In this document: positions 14,318 through 28,101 of the stretch, one piece after another
Layout: each line of letters begins with the position of its first letter
Position numbering within the stretch: the stretch's first letter is position 1
Assembly: GCA_973895155.1 (NCBI GenBank)
Contig: OZ316895.1
Coordinates: 3,397,659-3,461,658, forward strand
Reading direction: 5' to 3'
Length of the DNA: 64,000 nucleotides
Source: Marsupella aquatica
Lineage: Eukaryota > Plantae > Marchantiophyta
Made by a program: the position numbers and the translations under genes
The notes under the pieces: model-generated
Told to the model about the DNA's origin: nothing
The model's database searches: none
What the model saw: only the letters and a program-made list of their open reading frames with translations

Positions 14318-17300
14318 TCACTCAGTAGGGCGACTAATCCGTTGAGCACCTAATTTCATGGGTGCAGTCCTACCTCTACCTCTACCGCCTCGGCCAACAC
14401 TACTGGACTCTTTGGTGCCCAGCCCACTAGATTCAAGGCTTACATGTTGCGCACCTAAGGACACATGTTGACCTTGTCTTACCCGAGAACCTAAGGAGGA
14501 GCCCCGTCCAGATGGAGCACTTGAGACTGAGCTAAGAGGTCTCGCAGAACTCGAAGGGGCCGGAGCAGCAATGGCAGCCCACGGATCATCATCATCTGCT
14601 TTGGGAGTGTCAATCACAGGCTTGCTGGGAACCACAGCTGGGCGAGAGGTGTTCAGATCTGCGAGACCAGTTTCGTGCCAAATGTCAGTAAGTTGTATTG
14701 AAATACCCGAGTGTATACTATTTCAAGCCCTATTTGCATGCAAAGAAGAAAACACTGTATTGCATGAGACGCTTCAATCTTGAACTTCTATGTTTTCTGG
14801 ATTTCAGTAGAACAGCCATTATTCAGAAGTAACACATTAAAAGGATATCACGAAAAGACGACTGCGACAATAGTTTCAAGACTTACTGGACTTGACATGC
14901 GCAGTCGTAGTTGTTATCTGTGTTCTTGTTACTGTCACTGGTCTCTGCTGGGCAGCGTGCAATCTTGCCAGGGCGGGCTCTTCCGCCAATCCCATGTCTC
15001 CCCACCCGTCAGCATCATCATCATCCCCGTTTCCATTCCCTTTGTCATCGATATCTCCCCATCCATCTGATTTTGGAGAGGCCATAGCCGGAATTTCGGG
15101 TTCATCGGATGTGGAGTATGTCGAGATAGGTGGAGGTGCTTTTTCATAAATGGATGTCGCTGTGACTAAGACAAGATGACCAGTAGTTCAGACTTAGAAA
15201 TGTTTTGGACGCTACATGTAGCTTTGTCTCGACCACAAACAATCTTGTCTTTCTGTAAGAAAACTATTCTGCCTCAACTTTAAAAAGAATATTTAGATGG
15301 TAAAGTATGGTCTCAGATACCTGAGGTTTTGGAGTCTTCGTATGAAACCCTTTCAGAAGCTTGAATCAGAATAGGAGGAGCATTCTCAGTTGTCTTCGTC
15401 TTATTAGTCAAAGAGCTAACTGCCCACCTGTAGAAAAACATTAACCCTCGGCGTGGGTAAATAGTTGAAGCAATCACAAGACAAGAAGTACTTCAAACGA
15501 CAGCCCCTCGAGGCATTTTAATCAGTGACTACTGGCAGAGATCGACTCCAAACTAAAGAGATATCCACAACACATATTTCAACAAACAGAAGGCCAAAAA
15601 ATAATAATGAATCTGAATATTCTTTTCCTCTACAAAACATTGGCAGGTTATTTTCGAAGCCTTAGTTCAGCACATAAGGCTTCATAATGGGACATAAACG
15701 GCATCCATTGAGAATACTTGCAACCATACAACGACTCGATAGCAAATAGTTCCATACATTGGGAATGCTTGAAATAATGCAACGACTCGAAAGCAAGTAG
15801 GTAAAGTTCTCACCCAAGTAGACCAGCAGTGGCAATTGATGCATCAGCATTAACTGTGTCGGCACCTCCTGCATTCAACTGACCCAAGAAAATTCAGTCC
15901 AGCTAAATTTTCGGTATTTGATAATTTGCTATGCAGATTCTGACAGAAACCTATGTGTCCCTTCCTAAGAACAAGAAATTCAATTAGGCTCGGAAACATT
16001 GCTAAGCCACACCTTGGCATAGTGTTGCTGCACACTCTGCAGAAAGTCTTCTGTTGCCTGAAAAGCTTTCGTTCTCACATCGCTGCAACCAAAGACCGGT
16101 AAAGTTTATGTTAAAAACGTTGTGAGACGCACTAGAGTCATACCTTCATTTAAGACGAGGCGGAAAGGACTAGTATTAACCTTGGGAAGTTTCCATGCAG
16201 GTCTTACACATTAATACTTGTGGTTCTGTGATAGAAAGCAAAATATTAGATTCAAAAAGACCAAAATAAAAGGCTATAAGAGTAGAGATTATTACCTGTC
16301 ACCGTCAACGGTCAATATGACAAGGTGTGGCAGAATTCGGGTTGCAATTTCTAATGCATCATAGTACTGCATTGTTGCAGTAAGGGCCATGATTCCTGTA
16401 CAGAGATGCCGTGTTCGGAACCACAGTAAAGTCAGCATGGTTGACTGGAGTAAGGATAAAAGGCTCTTCAGTTCCTAATTGAAGATTTCATAAAATCGTT
16501 TGTACCCTAGAATACAGTTCCAATGACATATTAAACCTCTTCGATAATTAAGAGACTAACGAAAACAATGCACCTGTTAAATTATTCTGACTTATCAAAT
16601 AACGACATAAGTCATCATGTAAGTTTCAGTACAGGTCAAGGAGATTATGGACAAACTTCAGATTTGCAACTATAGAACCAAGTATTACTAAAAATGTTTG
16701 ACCTTCCGGAATTCACCGCAAACCCAATGATAGAATAGGATTTACGATACAGAAACTTTGATCTTTAGAAGTGATTTAGCAAAGAGGGCCACACAGTAAT
16801 ACTCCGACTGAGTCTGAAAATTTTCCTTCGATTCTGCGTGTTTGTGACATCTAGCGGAGTTTGTAGACAAAACATATAAACTTGAATAAACAGATGTTCG
16901 CATTAGCTGCAAACGAACTAGTCGTAAAGCTGTACATGTACCTGCCCCTCTTGCCGGAGGAAAAGCATCTCTCAGGGCACGCACCGTAAAAGCATTGATA
17001 AGAACTCGTTTTCTTGTCTGCATCAAACAAGTATTGCCACACCATGAAACGGCATCAGGGCAAGAGGTCTCTTGGAATTACTTTCTCCACGCAGTAACAG
17101 CCACTTACTTTACTTCATATAACAACCAGGTGGGCTCCCACCACCCCAGAACAGACAACTTCATGACTGGAAAGACCTTCACCAATCCTACTCCCACCTT
17201 CTCCAACACACTCTCACGGGAGATCATGCATGATTCAAATTCTTTTGAACGTTATCTGAGGGGATCTCTTCCCCAGGGACTCGAAAGAAGGACGAGTACA

Positions 17301-20300
17301 AGATCATGCTGGAGTGTGTGATGCAATAAACGTAAGGAAATTGAAGAGGTGCGGGAACATACAGCGTCATTTAAATTCCCAGCTATATTTCCAAGGAGAA
17401 TGGTGGTGTTTGTACGAATAGCAGGTTCCTCATCAACCTGCACCGAAAAAGGTACACAATCAGAGGGGGCAGTGAGAAACAATTACCCTAGGAACTTACA
17501 TGTACAGTCTTGCTTGAAAACATAATGCTGCATATCTCAAATCCTACATGAGGGTCTCGTTGTAGACGGTAAAGATTTTCCTTTAAGGTCTTTAATAAGA
17601 AACAAACCTGCAGCTTAGAGAGATACTTCAGGAGGGATGCAGTGATGGTGCGCTGTGAAAGCTGTACACACGAAAACGATGGAACAAGATGATTAACAGG
17701 TGTGCACCTTGGAAACAACGACAAAGAAAGATCTAGAGACACGCCATTGTGGAGAATCAGATAATTGCAAAGTCAAAGAAACAGAATCTCCATCTCCCGT
17801 GCATTCTATGTATATCTCTCCATAATTTTTCGCTTAAAAAATAGCCCGAAATGAAATTTTCATACGAGCAGAATTGCAAACTACCTCTAAAACATCAAGA
17901 TTTGCTATCACTAACCTTTGGGGCAAGTGTAAGCATTGACTTCAAAGTCAATTCTCTAAGAAATGCAGATGGATCCACAAAGCCGGTTGCCACATGGGGA
18001 AAGACCTACATGAAAGACCACCAAGTCAGAGAAGTCAGGCCTTGTTGGCAACACAGAAAATCCTCCATCCTATCCAATATTGCTATACTAAGTGAAAATG
18101 CGAACTTTACAAACTGCCGTCGTAATTCACAGAAGATTTAAGTTTTCGTAAATACCTGCTCGTCAACAATTTGGGTTGACAGTCCTGTTCCAAAATTTTC
18201 AATGTTTTGCAGTAGACTAACTCGAATTGCTCGATCACTTGAGGAAAACAGTTTTATAACCGTTGGTAGAACCTGTTGACCAATTCAAAGGTAAGTGTAA
18301 AGGACACAATTATTCCCCAATGTCCAATGCCACAAAATGAGTAGCCTTTTCAAGCTACATTCACTAAGACGTTCAAACTATTTCTTTGTTGTTCTCTAAA
18401 ATATTATATTTCGACTTGTCTTTCAAAATAGAGGCTTTGACTGACGTTTCCACTGCTGGAAATTTCCACACTTTGATGACGGTGATGAACTAGAATTTCA
18501 ATACCTTTGAATTAAATTCCTCTGGAGAAAGCCATGCCCCCATTTTCAACAAAGGACTCAATGCAGGGGACGCAGCAGAACCAAACTCGAGGGCTGAAGC
18601 CAGCAAAGGCAGTAGCTGCACATTCTCGCGAAATATTATTCAATCCGAATTTGAAAGGATTTGTGCACACAGAAAAACAATAATATATAATGTAGACATT
18701 CGAAGAACTGCATTGTCATTATAATGTTGGGTCAAGAGACATCACTACCTCCAGTAAGATTCACAAAGTTACGATACATATTGCAATCTGAGGATTGCGA
18801 ATAAATTTCAGTCTTCGACTATCCTCTAGTGTTTAATAACTGGATCACTACTTCGGCTATTGGAAAGGCACCTCACCTTCTTCAAAACAATTTCTCTGGG
18901 AAGTTGCTCAGACAGATTTGAAAGTTTGCGAAAAAAGGAGTCTTTCTCCGAACTGTCCTTGAGATTCAAGTTCTCTACAAATTGGATGGTCTCCACAAGC
19001 TTGTTTTGAAAGAATTCTGATTGACAGAACCCGACATGCAAGAAATATCTGTGAGTCCTTCTGCTGAGGAAAACTATTAGCATCATCATATATGTCCACG
19101 AGAGCATTTTTCAAATTATGTATGGCATCTGGTAAACGTCTAATACTTCTTACCACTATTGTCAATCAGCTTCGATGGGTTCATCCGTCGAGAAGGTACG
19201 GAGCCTAGTAGTCTCTGGTAATCTGGAAGTAATGTCTGGCCAAAGTGACATTATTAAAAACAAATTAGCTAATTAAGAGGACCACCACGTACAGCACTGA
19301 ATCATATAGGACCGTTTAATGGTTTGAAATTTCCTAGATTCTTTTCGAACCATATATAAGATAGAGATAATGCTGAGAAAGCTCCTCAAACATGAATCAA
19401 TTCTTTTAGGGCTAGCACCACATGATTCCTTCATTCAATGGTGCAAGAATATCCGAATGCAATCTTACAGGAACCAAACCACCTTAGGAATTGATCCTGT
19501 GTTGCGCAACTCTTCTGTCTTTGTCAGCTTGGATGCAGAAAACAGCTCGTAAATTAAACACCCTGCAGAATATACAGGGCAATCGTGTGTTATGTAACCA
19601 ACTGAAACTCCTTTGGCCCACAACCAAAACCTTGAATCGGCTACTGCAGGAAGGTGTACTACTATACTCAGCCCTGTGACGAGCCTCTTCACTGCAGACA
19701 TACCAAGACCCCAGGAGTCAATTGCCCATGGTGAAGACTTCCGAACAGCAGCCCAGTCTGACTTTGCTAGTTCTTGAGATTTGTACTGTGGGCCCACCAA
19801 ATAATCAAATTGCTGCAAGATGTCAAGAAATTGCGTCAGATTTCCGGCACAAGTCCTTCCATAATGCTACAATTTCCTAGTCTTCGACCTACAATGAGTT
19901 GAAACACGCACAAGGGTGACAATAAAAAACAGGACAAGAAAGAAAGGGACGATAGTGTTGAGTTTATGGCTTCACTCAAATCCTACTAGAGCATTAACAC
20001 CAGTTTTTACGAAGCAAGCCAGTACTTGGCAGCAACTTCTTCTATTGAGGATGCCCACACCAAATTTAGGAAAGGAGACATACCAGCATGGGGCCAGAAG
20101 CTGCAGGATTCCCCCCATCAAATTCTGAAAGAATATCGAAGGCATGTAACTTCCAGTCTAAGGTTGGAGTGACGACCACAGCATCCACACAAACATTCCC
20201 ATGAACCTGGAGAAATTGCCAGCAATGACTACATGTTATCGTGTAGCTCCAGAACAAAAGAGTTTTTTCTTGTAAATATTGTAGAAATAGAAGATTTGTT

Positions 20301-21996
20301 CTGACTTCGACTAATAAGTGTCCACATATGTAGAGAATGCGGTATTATACCTTCCATCCAACCAATCCTCACAATTAAATTTCTGCTACAACCGTTTTAC
20401 GGCAAAATAAAGAAATTAATTGGTAACAAACTGTGTTTCAAATGATAGAATCCCACGCCTTGAAGTGGCTCGTGAACTTACGAGCTTGGCATCGTTATTC
20501 AGAAAACTAACAGCTTTTGTAATTTGATGAAGGCCCCAGGCATAGTACTCATCTCTGTCAGAAGCAACAGGAATCGATATCACTAAATGATAAAGGCACA
20601 TTAATTTTCATACTCCCGAAAAGAGACAAAGCACGTGGTTATATTACAACCAAGGGTCTTCATAAAACGAGTCCCCTCCACGACGCTGTATGCAAGCAAT
20701 CAGGAATCTGTGAGGCCAAAGAAATGCATGGCGCCTTCACAAGTCAAGGAGTTGAAAAGTAATACCGTTGTGTGCCCTTGAGGTTGAGTTCCTTAACCTT
20801 ATCTGCAAGTGGGCTTACAGGTTCAGTGACAACATATATTGTCAGTTTACTACTCCCACCTTCCATTATCTCAGCTTCAGTACTGTGCAGGAAGGAGAGA
20901 ACATTGGGATGTCGAACCTGCGAAAAAGGTCATTTTGTATTGCAGGAAAATAAATGGTGAGGTTGTTTACAAATCAATATGATAGAGTTCACTTAGGGGA
21001 AAGACGAAGACCTGTTAGGCATTTCAACTATTGCAGCGAGTCGACTAATCAAATAACTACCGCAAGAGTTCAAATCTGTGCCCTTTTATTCTGATGGCTA
21101 AACTTCCGTAGTAATAATAGAATTCGAAAAGGAAAAGAAAAAATTCACTTTTAGAGCTCCATTCTCACCGTGCGAAGTCGTTTAACTCCATTACGTGCAG
21201 CAGCCAAACGGCTATCCCCAACGTTAGCCCCAGTTATAGAAAAGATCGACACGGGAGAGTTGTCATCCTGCTAGACACAACTCAAATTCTGAGACAAGGA
21301 AATATTACCCAAATATTGGCATGCATAATGCAGCCTAGTGATGCTATTGTTAAAGTCCACAGTATATGAGAGCAAAGCACAAACTATCCAATTTGCACCA
21401 AAATGCACTCCGATTCGAAGTATGGGATGAATCCATAGTCCTGAAAAGATCCATCAGTTTCAAGAAGGATGCAATAGACCCTGCATATGTTCAGAGCACA
21501 GCTTCGAGAGAGAGCATCCTGTCAGCTCAGGAGACTGCACTGAGGACAACTATTATTTATATCGCATCGACGAAAGTCAATGCGAATGATAAAGAGGGAC
21601 CAACTCGCTGAGCACAGCTCACGTCCCCTCCGTTTGCTGGTAGTTTACATCTTATGTTAGGCATCAACATGGGCAATTTTGTGCAGGTATTATGAAGGCT
21701 GATATGTGTGATCAGCAATGCTAAAAAGTTCTAAACTGGAAGACCGGATTGAACCCTGCGTGATATGAGGCGACCCGACCTGACACCAAAGCTAATAGAC
21801 TAAAAATTGAGAACTCGTATTGGCATCAGATCTCTGCCCTTCTCCACAGACAAATTGGAACACAACCACACACCTTGGAAGTGCCACGATAGTGCGTCCA
21901 CGATCCCCACGCAGAGGAGTACGGCTCGCCGATGTTGTAAGGAAGATCCTTGATACCGCCTCCGGATCCCACCACTCCCTTCAAAAACTTAAACAT
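14318..21996 (-). CDS. SCYL1: SCY1-like pseudokinase with HEAT repeats (SCYL1 / cytoplasmic tRNA export protein CTEXP type), 21 GT-AG exons
   Basis: Spliced by eye: MFKFLKGVVGSGGGIKDLPYNIGEPYSSAWGSWTHYRGTSK|DDNSPVSIF...KRLRT|VRHPNVLSFLHSTE...IYVVTEPV|...WGLHQITKAVSFLNND|VHGNVC...DWKLHAFD|...AIDSWGLG|CLIYELF|...DYQRLL|FFQNKLVETIQF|...VDEEPAIRTNTTILLGNIA|TRKRVLINAFTVRALRDAFPPARGAG|... acidic DGWGD motifs, C-terminal PMKLGAQRI. ATG at 21996, stop 14318-14320; HGN replaces HRD and there is no DFG (pseudokinase). Confidence 0.95.
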
Positions 21997-22083
21997 CGCT
22001 GCACACTTTTCAAACCCCTCGTGTCCTACTCCTCTTATTCCACCTCTCCCTCCTCCTCCCCACTCCTCTGGCTGTGTGAGCCA

Positions 22084-22158
22084 CTACATGAGTAGTATCG
22101 CCATTCACATCATGAGAAGCGGCCTCCTGCGCCACTACCACTACCCTACGACAATCAT
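22084..22158 (-). promoter_or_regulatory. Three short uORFs in the putative SCYL1 5' leader
   Basis: ATG ATT GTC GTA GGG TAG (22158-22141); ATG ATG TGA (22113-22105); ATG GCG ATA CTA CTC ATG TAG (22104-22084). TSS not known. Confidence 0.45.
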
Positions 22159-22353
22159 CCTGTCTGTTTTGAATGAAAATCAATGCAGCTCCGCTCCCCG
22201 ATCGATTTCTTCTTCCAGCCGATGAATTTTTTGAGCACAGTCATCGAACGCTGTTTCCAAGCGGAATCGGCATTGGTTGGTAAGTAGATCGGTCCGTTCT
22301 CGAGCTCCTGCTGCGCTTTCTTCGCATCCCAGCCCGCTGAAGCAAATCGCTGC

Positions 22354-22355
<2 letters not shown>

Positions 22356-22392
<37 letters not shown>
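22356..22392. repeat. (CT/GA)n microsatellite in the SCYL1 5' region
   Basis: About 18 CT units; GA repeats are common in plant 5' leaders. Confidence 0.95.
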
Positions 22393-22394
<2 letters not shown>

Positions 22395-22492
22395 ACACAC
22401 ACAACGAGAGAGACGAGAGAAACGAGAGAAACACAAGCAGAGAAGACGAGATCGCGGAAGGGCGGTGAAGGACAGGACGAATGCCGTAGACG

Positions 22493-23070
22493 AGCTCGTA
22501 CGTGGTTGAGAAGGGTAGATTCTAAGAATCTTCGTATCTGGGCCGTTAAATTATTTTATGGACGGCGTAGATTCAAAAAGGTGTTTAAGCTGCCAAAGCA
22601 CGCAAGTTGATGAGTGGAGTGTACCTTGAACTGCGTACAACGGTACCAGGTAACTTGATAGGGGCTGGGCACGAAAAGAGTTCAATTTTTAAGATGGCAT
22701 CGTGCTCGTACGTGGCTGAGATGAATAGATTCTTAGAATCTTTGTATCTGGATCGTTAACCTCTGATATGGGCGGCCTAGATTCACATAGCATTTTAAGT
22801 TGAGAAAGCACACAAGTTGACTGAGTGGAGTGTACCTTGAACTGCGTACAACGGTATGAGTAACTTAATCCCTGCCTGTAATTACACATCAAAATGTGTT
22901 AACATATGGAGTGATTTAAAGAAAATAATACATTGATTTAAATAAAATAATGAGGTTTATTATGGTATGGAGAGATATTGTACATGGTATATGTCATATT
23001 TTGATGTGCACTTACCAGTACCTAGGACCTGTAACTTGATGGGGCCTGGACACAAAAGGAGTTCAATGCT
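22493..23070. repeat. Tandem duplication of the SCYL1 upstream region, second copy interrupted
   Basis: gctcgtacgtgg...gagtggagtgtaccttgaactgcgtacaacggta...gtaactt at 22494-22656 and 22704-22866; the tail 'taacttgat.ggg.ctgg.cac.aaa.gagttcaat' lies at 22651 and, after a ~165-bp insert, at 23032. Confidence 0.85.
22870..23020. mobile_element. MITE-like element (family B, copy 1)
   Basis: Inverted ends cacatcaaaat.tg / ca.attttgatgtg; reverse complement matches 62066-62216; interrupts a duplicated segment. Confidence 0.7.
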
Positions 23071-23561
23071 GCGGACATTAGTAGAGTTTTCTGTTAATTC
23101 AAGAGAAAACAAAAGGACACTCTTAGTCTATTAGGAGGGTGAGTTAATTTCAGGCCTCAAGCAACAAGCAAAAGGGAAAGGGAAAGTTGTTTTTCACCCT
23201 CTTCTAGGGTGAGCAAGTACAAGGGAAAGCTGTTTGCCCTCTCCCAGTACTCAGGACTAAGTCCCATCTTCAACTTTAGGGCCTGTTCAAATTCAAGACG
23301 AAAGACAACGTACTTTGAGGCTCACAATGAGCCTCCCGTACTCTTTTGCCACCAGTTGCCCGCACCTGCTGCCCATTTTTTCCCCATTATTCACACTTTT
23401 CCAAAGTGTGACTAGAGGTGAATGATCCACACTTTTGGGTGGGGTGAATGAAGAAAGCATTTAACACTAGCTGGCCAATTCTATGACATGTCTATTTTAA
23501 CTTATTCAAAATTAAGAAAATTTAGAGTTATCCTAAGTAGAAAGTAATATTTAAGTTGCTA

Positions 23562-23990
23562 CTAGCCGTATGCCCGTGCATTGCACAAAAGATGTCAAGG
23601 TGATAAAAGATGTCGAGGTGATAAAGGATGTCGAGGAGAGAAGAGATGTCAAGGTGATAAAACTAAGATGTCAGACAAGGAGAGAAAAGATGTCGAGGTG
23701 ATAAAAGATGTCGAGGTGATAAAAGATGTCAAGGAGAGAAAAGGTGTCAAGGTGATGATAGATGTCAAGACAATAAAAGATGTCGAGAAGAGAAAAGATG
23801 TCGAGGTAAAAAAAATTGTCGAGGAGAGAAAAAATTTCAAGGTGAGAAAAAGATGTCAAGAAGAGAAAAGATGTCAAGGTGATAAAAAGATTTCAAAAAG
23901 AGAAAACTTGGCAAGGTGAACAAAATGTAAAGATGACGAAAAGATGTTGAGAGTGAGGAAAGATGTTGAGGTGAGATAAAGATGTGAATG
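23562..23990 (-). mobile_element. Helitron 3' terminus with adjacent 18-bp minisatellite (5' end not resolved)
   Basis: Plus strand a|ctagccgtatgcccgtgcattgcac reads on the minus strand as a GTGCAATGCAC hairpin ~11 nt before CTAG|T, the canonical Helitron 3' end; followed by an (aaaagatgtcgaggtgat)n array at 23587-23980. Confidence 0.55.
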
Positions 23991-25844
23991 TGAGAAAAAG
24001 TGTGGTAGAGGCACTTTACGAGGTATTGTAAGTTTAGGCATGTTATAATTACAATTATATTGTTGTTGCCAAATCTGATACTCAGGCATTGCACAAATAC
24101 ATTGAGGTAAGGTAAAGGAAGTGCATGCAAGATAAGGAAGTGTTGTTGTTTAGGCTATAACTATGTAGTGACACTATTAATAGTTGTGAGGGTGTCATCA
24201 TTTTGGTTGATTGGTTCTTGTTGCCACAATGTTGTTAATTTGATCGATACTGTTGCTATAAACATATTGTTGGGGAGGGTGAGTGCATGGAACGGGAGGA
24301 GGAGAGCAAGATGGGAAACGGTTGCAAGGCATCAAAAGGTCTAGGTTCAAGTCTGTAAGGATAACTTTTTTTTTATTTACTCACCATGCAGACAATGGGG
24401 CTTTGGCATGGAGAGTGCATTAGGGAGGAGGGTGGAGGCACAGATGGTCAGCCAAGGTGTATAGGGCATGCAATTAGAAGGGTGGGGATGAGGGGATTAA
24501 CAGGTTTTTTTGGGTGGATCAAACTGTTTGGAAAAGGGAGTTGGATTTTGACAAATGCATGGTCATCAATCATTCTTGCTCTTTTATTGTGAAAAATGTT
24601 GTCATTGCACATATCTTGTTCAAATTGCACATAATTTTATGTAATCAAATGACATGATTCAAGTGAACACAAAGTAGGGGACAAAAGACTAAGATGGGTA
24701 TTTAGAGTAGGGGCAAGAGTTAGGCAAGAGCTCTTCATTGTCAATGTTACAAAAGATGGAACAAATGTAGACGGCAAAAGGCATGAATGGGGGCAAAGAG
24801 CTGAGCACCCAGCTATAGAAAGAATTGGGCCAAAATCCAGAGCAAGACTAATCGAGATGCAAGGGCACGTCAAGCAAGCCAGGTCTTGGGGAGAAAAATT
24901 GTTTGGAGCTTGGTCTCATTGGCCTTCATTGAAAAGTCTTCCTTAAAAAGTTGGAAGTTTAGTTGGAATGTCGTGGGGTTCCATGTACTTTGTGTGTCAA
25001 AAAACATTACCTATCCAAAAAATTTGTCATTGTCCAAAATATGTGTATTGATATGTTGTAGACAAAGACTAAAAACTTGAGGGTGCAAGGTGCAAATAGG
25101 TATACTAGAGAATTAGGTACTTAGAATTAGGTACTTACTGCGAGAGCTTTGGCAAAACTTTGCCAATATTGGCTTAGATTTTATTTATAGCAATAAATAA
25201 ATATTAGCCTAGCCATTTTTTTCATTTGATCAAAGTTCCCTTTCTTTCGTTGTCCCAACTTTTCATTTTTTGCATTTACCAAATTTGTCTGCATTTGTTA
25301 ATTTTTTCCCTTTATTTCTATCCTTTTATTCCCCCCCTCCTCTCTTTCCCTCAAGGGCCCTCCTTCCCCTGTTCATTTCCCTCTTGGGATGGGAATATTT
25401 TTAAGGCCCTCCTTCCCGTGCGTACTACTATTCATTTCTCTATTGGGATGATAATATTTTAAAAATTTGTGTACCTTCTTTGAACAGTATACAATTATCT
25501 GACATGTAAATACCCTCTAGTACATATCTTTCCATGACACAGGATGATGGTACCAGTTTCAAGGGCATATTGGACCAATGGACTCAAAGATACCATTGTG
25601 CACAATGTACCAACATCTAGGGGAGGTATTCTATAATGTGAGCAAACAGGAATTTTGTTAGTGAGGGGAGTGTTGTTAGCCAGACACTTGTGGTTTTAAA
25701 TTTCTTTTGCTTTTGCTGTCTTTTTCTATTTTTTGTGTGTTTTTTATGACTCCAGATTGCTAGCGAGATAGCTAGCAAAAAGAGGAGTCCCCAAAATGGA
25801 TGTTATCAACCAGGTTACTCTTAGTGAGCCAGTTGCATATAGAC

Positions 25845-25923
25845 AAATTAGGGGTCATGTGAGGATATTTTTTGCTCATGTGAGGAATTTTTTTACTGTT
25901 TCCTCACACGCTACAATGACCCC
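25845..25923 (-). mobile_element. DNA transposon terminus (family C)
   Basis: Reverse complement ggggtcattgtagcgtgtgaggaaa...atgagcaa...cctcacatgacccctaattt matches 35615-35690 on the plus strand. Confidence 0.55.
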
Positions 25924-27942
25924 ATCTAGGGAGGGCAGAAAAGTACAATGGTTCTGATGTAGTGTGGAGTATAGTCAGGACCTAAATATTACCTTAGGGG
26001 TATAGTCAATGCAATCCAAACAGGATAGCCAAGGGAGCTGGGGCAAGTACTTTTGGTTTGATCCAAGGGTGAGAATAAATTGTGATTTTAATGGATGGTC
26101 AGAATTTACTCCCGCTCTTTCTACGGACCCCATTAGAGGTCTCTTCCAAAATTTGAGACTCCAGAGCATGCCACATCATCATGGCGTGCTCCAAACAAAA
26201 ACCCGAACAAGAATAGATAGGTTTCCAAATTAAAATAATCCACAATTTGTGTTTGTTGCAAGTTCTGGGTACGTAAAATTGAGGGCGTCATGCCATAAAA
26301 CATAATACATCATTTAACGTAACCATTTTAGTTACTTTGAGTAACCAACTCTGCATTTAGTAGTAGGCCCGCCCCGATTCACCATAGATTCCTACGTGTC
26401 GCATGTCTCTTCTCAGATATTGTAAGATATTGCATTACAATTCCATCACTTGAGATGAACTGCATATTCTTTACAAGTTCTACATTTCCCAGTGCCTCTG
26501 CCCAGCCAGACAATTCGTCACGAGGAGCATGATTGAACACTATCATCTTTTTTTCCTTCCAAGACACCATTATCGTCCAGTGAAATGCGCTGGCAATAGC
26601 ACCTTGAAATTCCTATGCAAAATTGATTTGGGATTGGAGAGACGACAAAGTTTTGTGTGATTTGATAGGTGATTTTCTCTTGGATATCTTGGATCTGTGG
26701 CAAGCAAAATCAAATTTGAAATCAAATGCTTCTCCAAAATATTTAAATGTTTTAGCCGACATGCAGATGAAGAGGGATAGAAGCGGGGCTCTTTCATTCT
26801 CTTGAACCACAGATCAGCCAATTTTGATGAAATTTCTCAAGGAATCCTAGGAAGCAGCCAGGTTTTGGTCCATAGTTGCGGCCAGCTACCCCGATTTCAT
26901 TGATTCTCTTGGGAAATTTTGTTATTCGTTCTCCCAGATTAAACATTTCACACAAGACCACAAGCAGAACCCACTACAGTGTAGTTGGTTCACACTGTAG
27001 TCGGTTCATCTTCAAGTTAGTACATCGCAACCATCCCCTTCAGATTGTGAATGAAATTGATTGTGCTCTTGCCTACAATGCCCAACTGTACACAATTAAC
27101 ATCAGTCTAGGCAAGGGTAAAGAGAAAGTGGTCTTTGTTCATCCCTATGGACGGCTTTCAAACATTTGGAATGGTCTCTGTTAGTATTATGAGAGGTCTT
27201 TGTGCTATAGTGTATGCATGTGAACTGACTAGTATTCACAATTACAGGGTATGCTAATATCACTGCTTTTCAATGTTAACATCTATTAACACTACAGACA
27301 TAAAAACAGATAGGGGTCCACGAACTAATTGCTTTTCATAAGTAGACGATCAGCCAATTGTGACAGGATTGCATATTATAGATGTCGATTGTAAGATGTG
27401 TTTGAATTAAATAAGATTAATTAAGTCCTTGGCGAGAGATAAAGTGAGTGAACTGATACATAGATTCCTTAGGCATTTAATATTTGAATTAAATAATATG
27501 TTTAATTGTCTTTGGTGAGAGAGAAAGCTAATACTGTGGCACAAAAGAATATTCCCCAAACATTTAATTAAGTGGCAAATGGTGACAAGACACCATTGGA
27601 ATATTAGGGACGAGACAAAAGATTGAGGCTAATCAATGCGATTAGCCCATACAAAGCTGCCTGCTGCCTACTTTTTGTGACGTCAATATTAGGTTAAATG
27701 CTGGGTGCAAATCCCTTTGGTCACCAGCTGCCTTTAGGCTGCATGGTAAAAGAGCTCACTAGGGCTGGGGAGGTCTTGACTTTGAATTCTGCTCTAATGA
27801 AAGCTTTTGTCATTCACCCCACCCAAAGTGAGGTTCATTCATACCCTCTTGACACTCCATAAAATTTGAGCTTGCCCGGTCTGGTATGAAGGCAGCTCCA
27901 TATGGAAGCCTCTAGCTTGAGTTTCTGAACATTGGAAGGAGC

Positions 27943-28101
27943 TATGGTGACAGTACACCATACCCAAGTGGTGAGTCAAACCTTACTTGTACCTTTATAG
28001 GGTACAGTACTTTGTAATTTAGGTGACATGAGGTATGGTGACAGTACACCGTACCCAAGTGGTGAATCAAATCTTACTTGTACCTTTATAGGGTACAGTA
28101 C
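27943..28101. repeat. 91-bp-period duplication upstream of the SSL gene
   Basis: tatggtgacagtacacc.tacccaagtggtga.tcaaa.cttacttgtacctttatagggtacagtac at 27943 and 28034. Confidence 0.9.

Noticed and set aside
14318-21996. Non-canonical (U12 or GC-AG) introns in SCYL1
   Set aside because: All 20 junctions traced by eye read GT...AG and keep the frame.
23581-23919. Lys/Arg/Asp-rich ORFs on both strands
   Set aside because: Translations of an 18-bp minisatellite.
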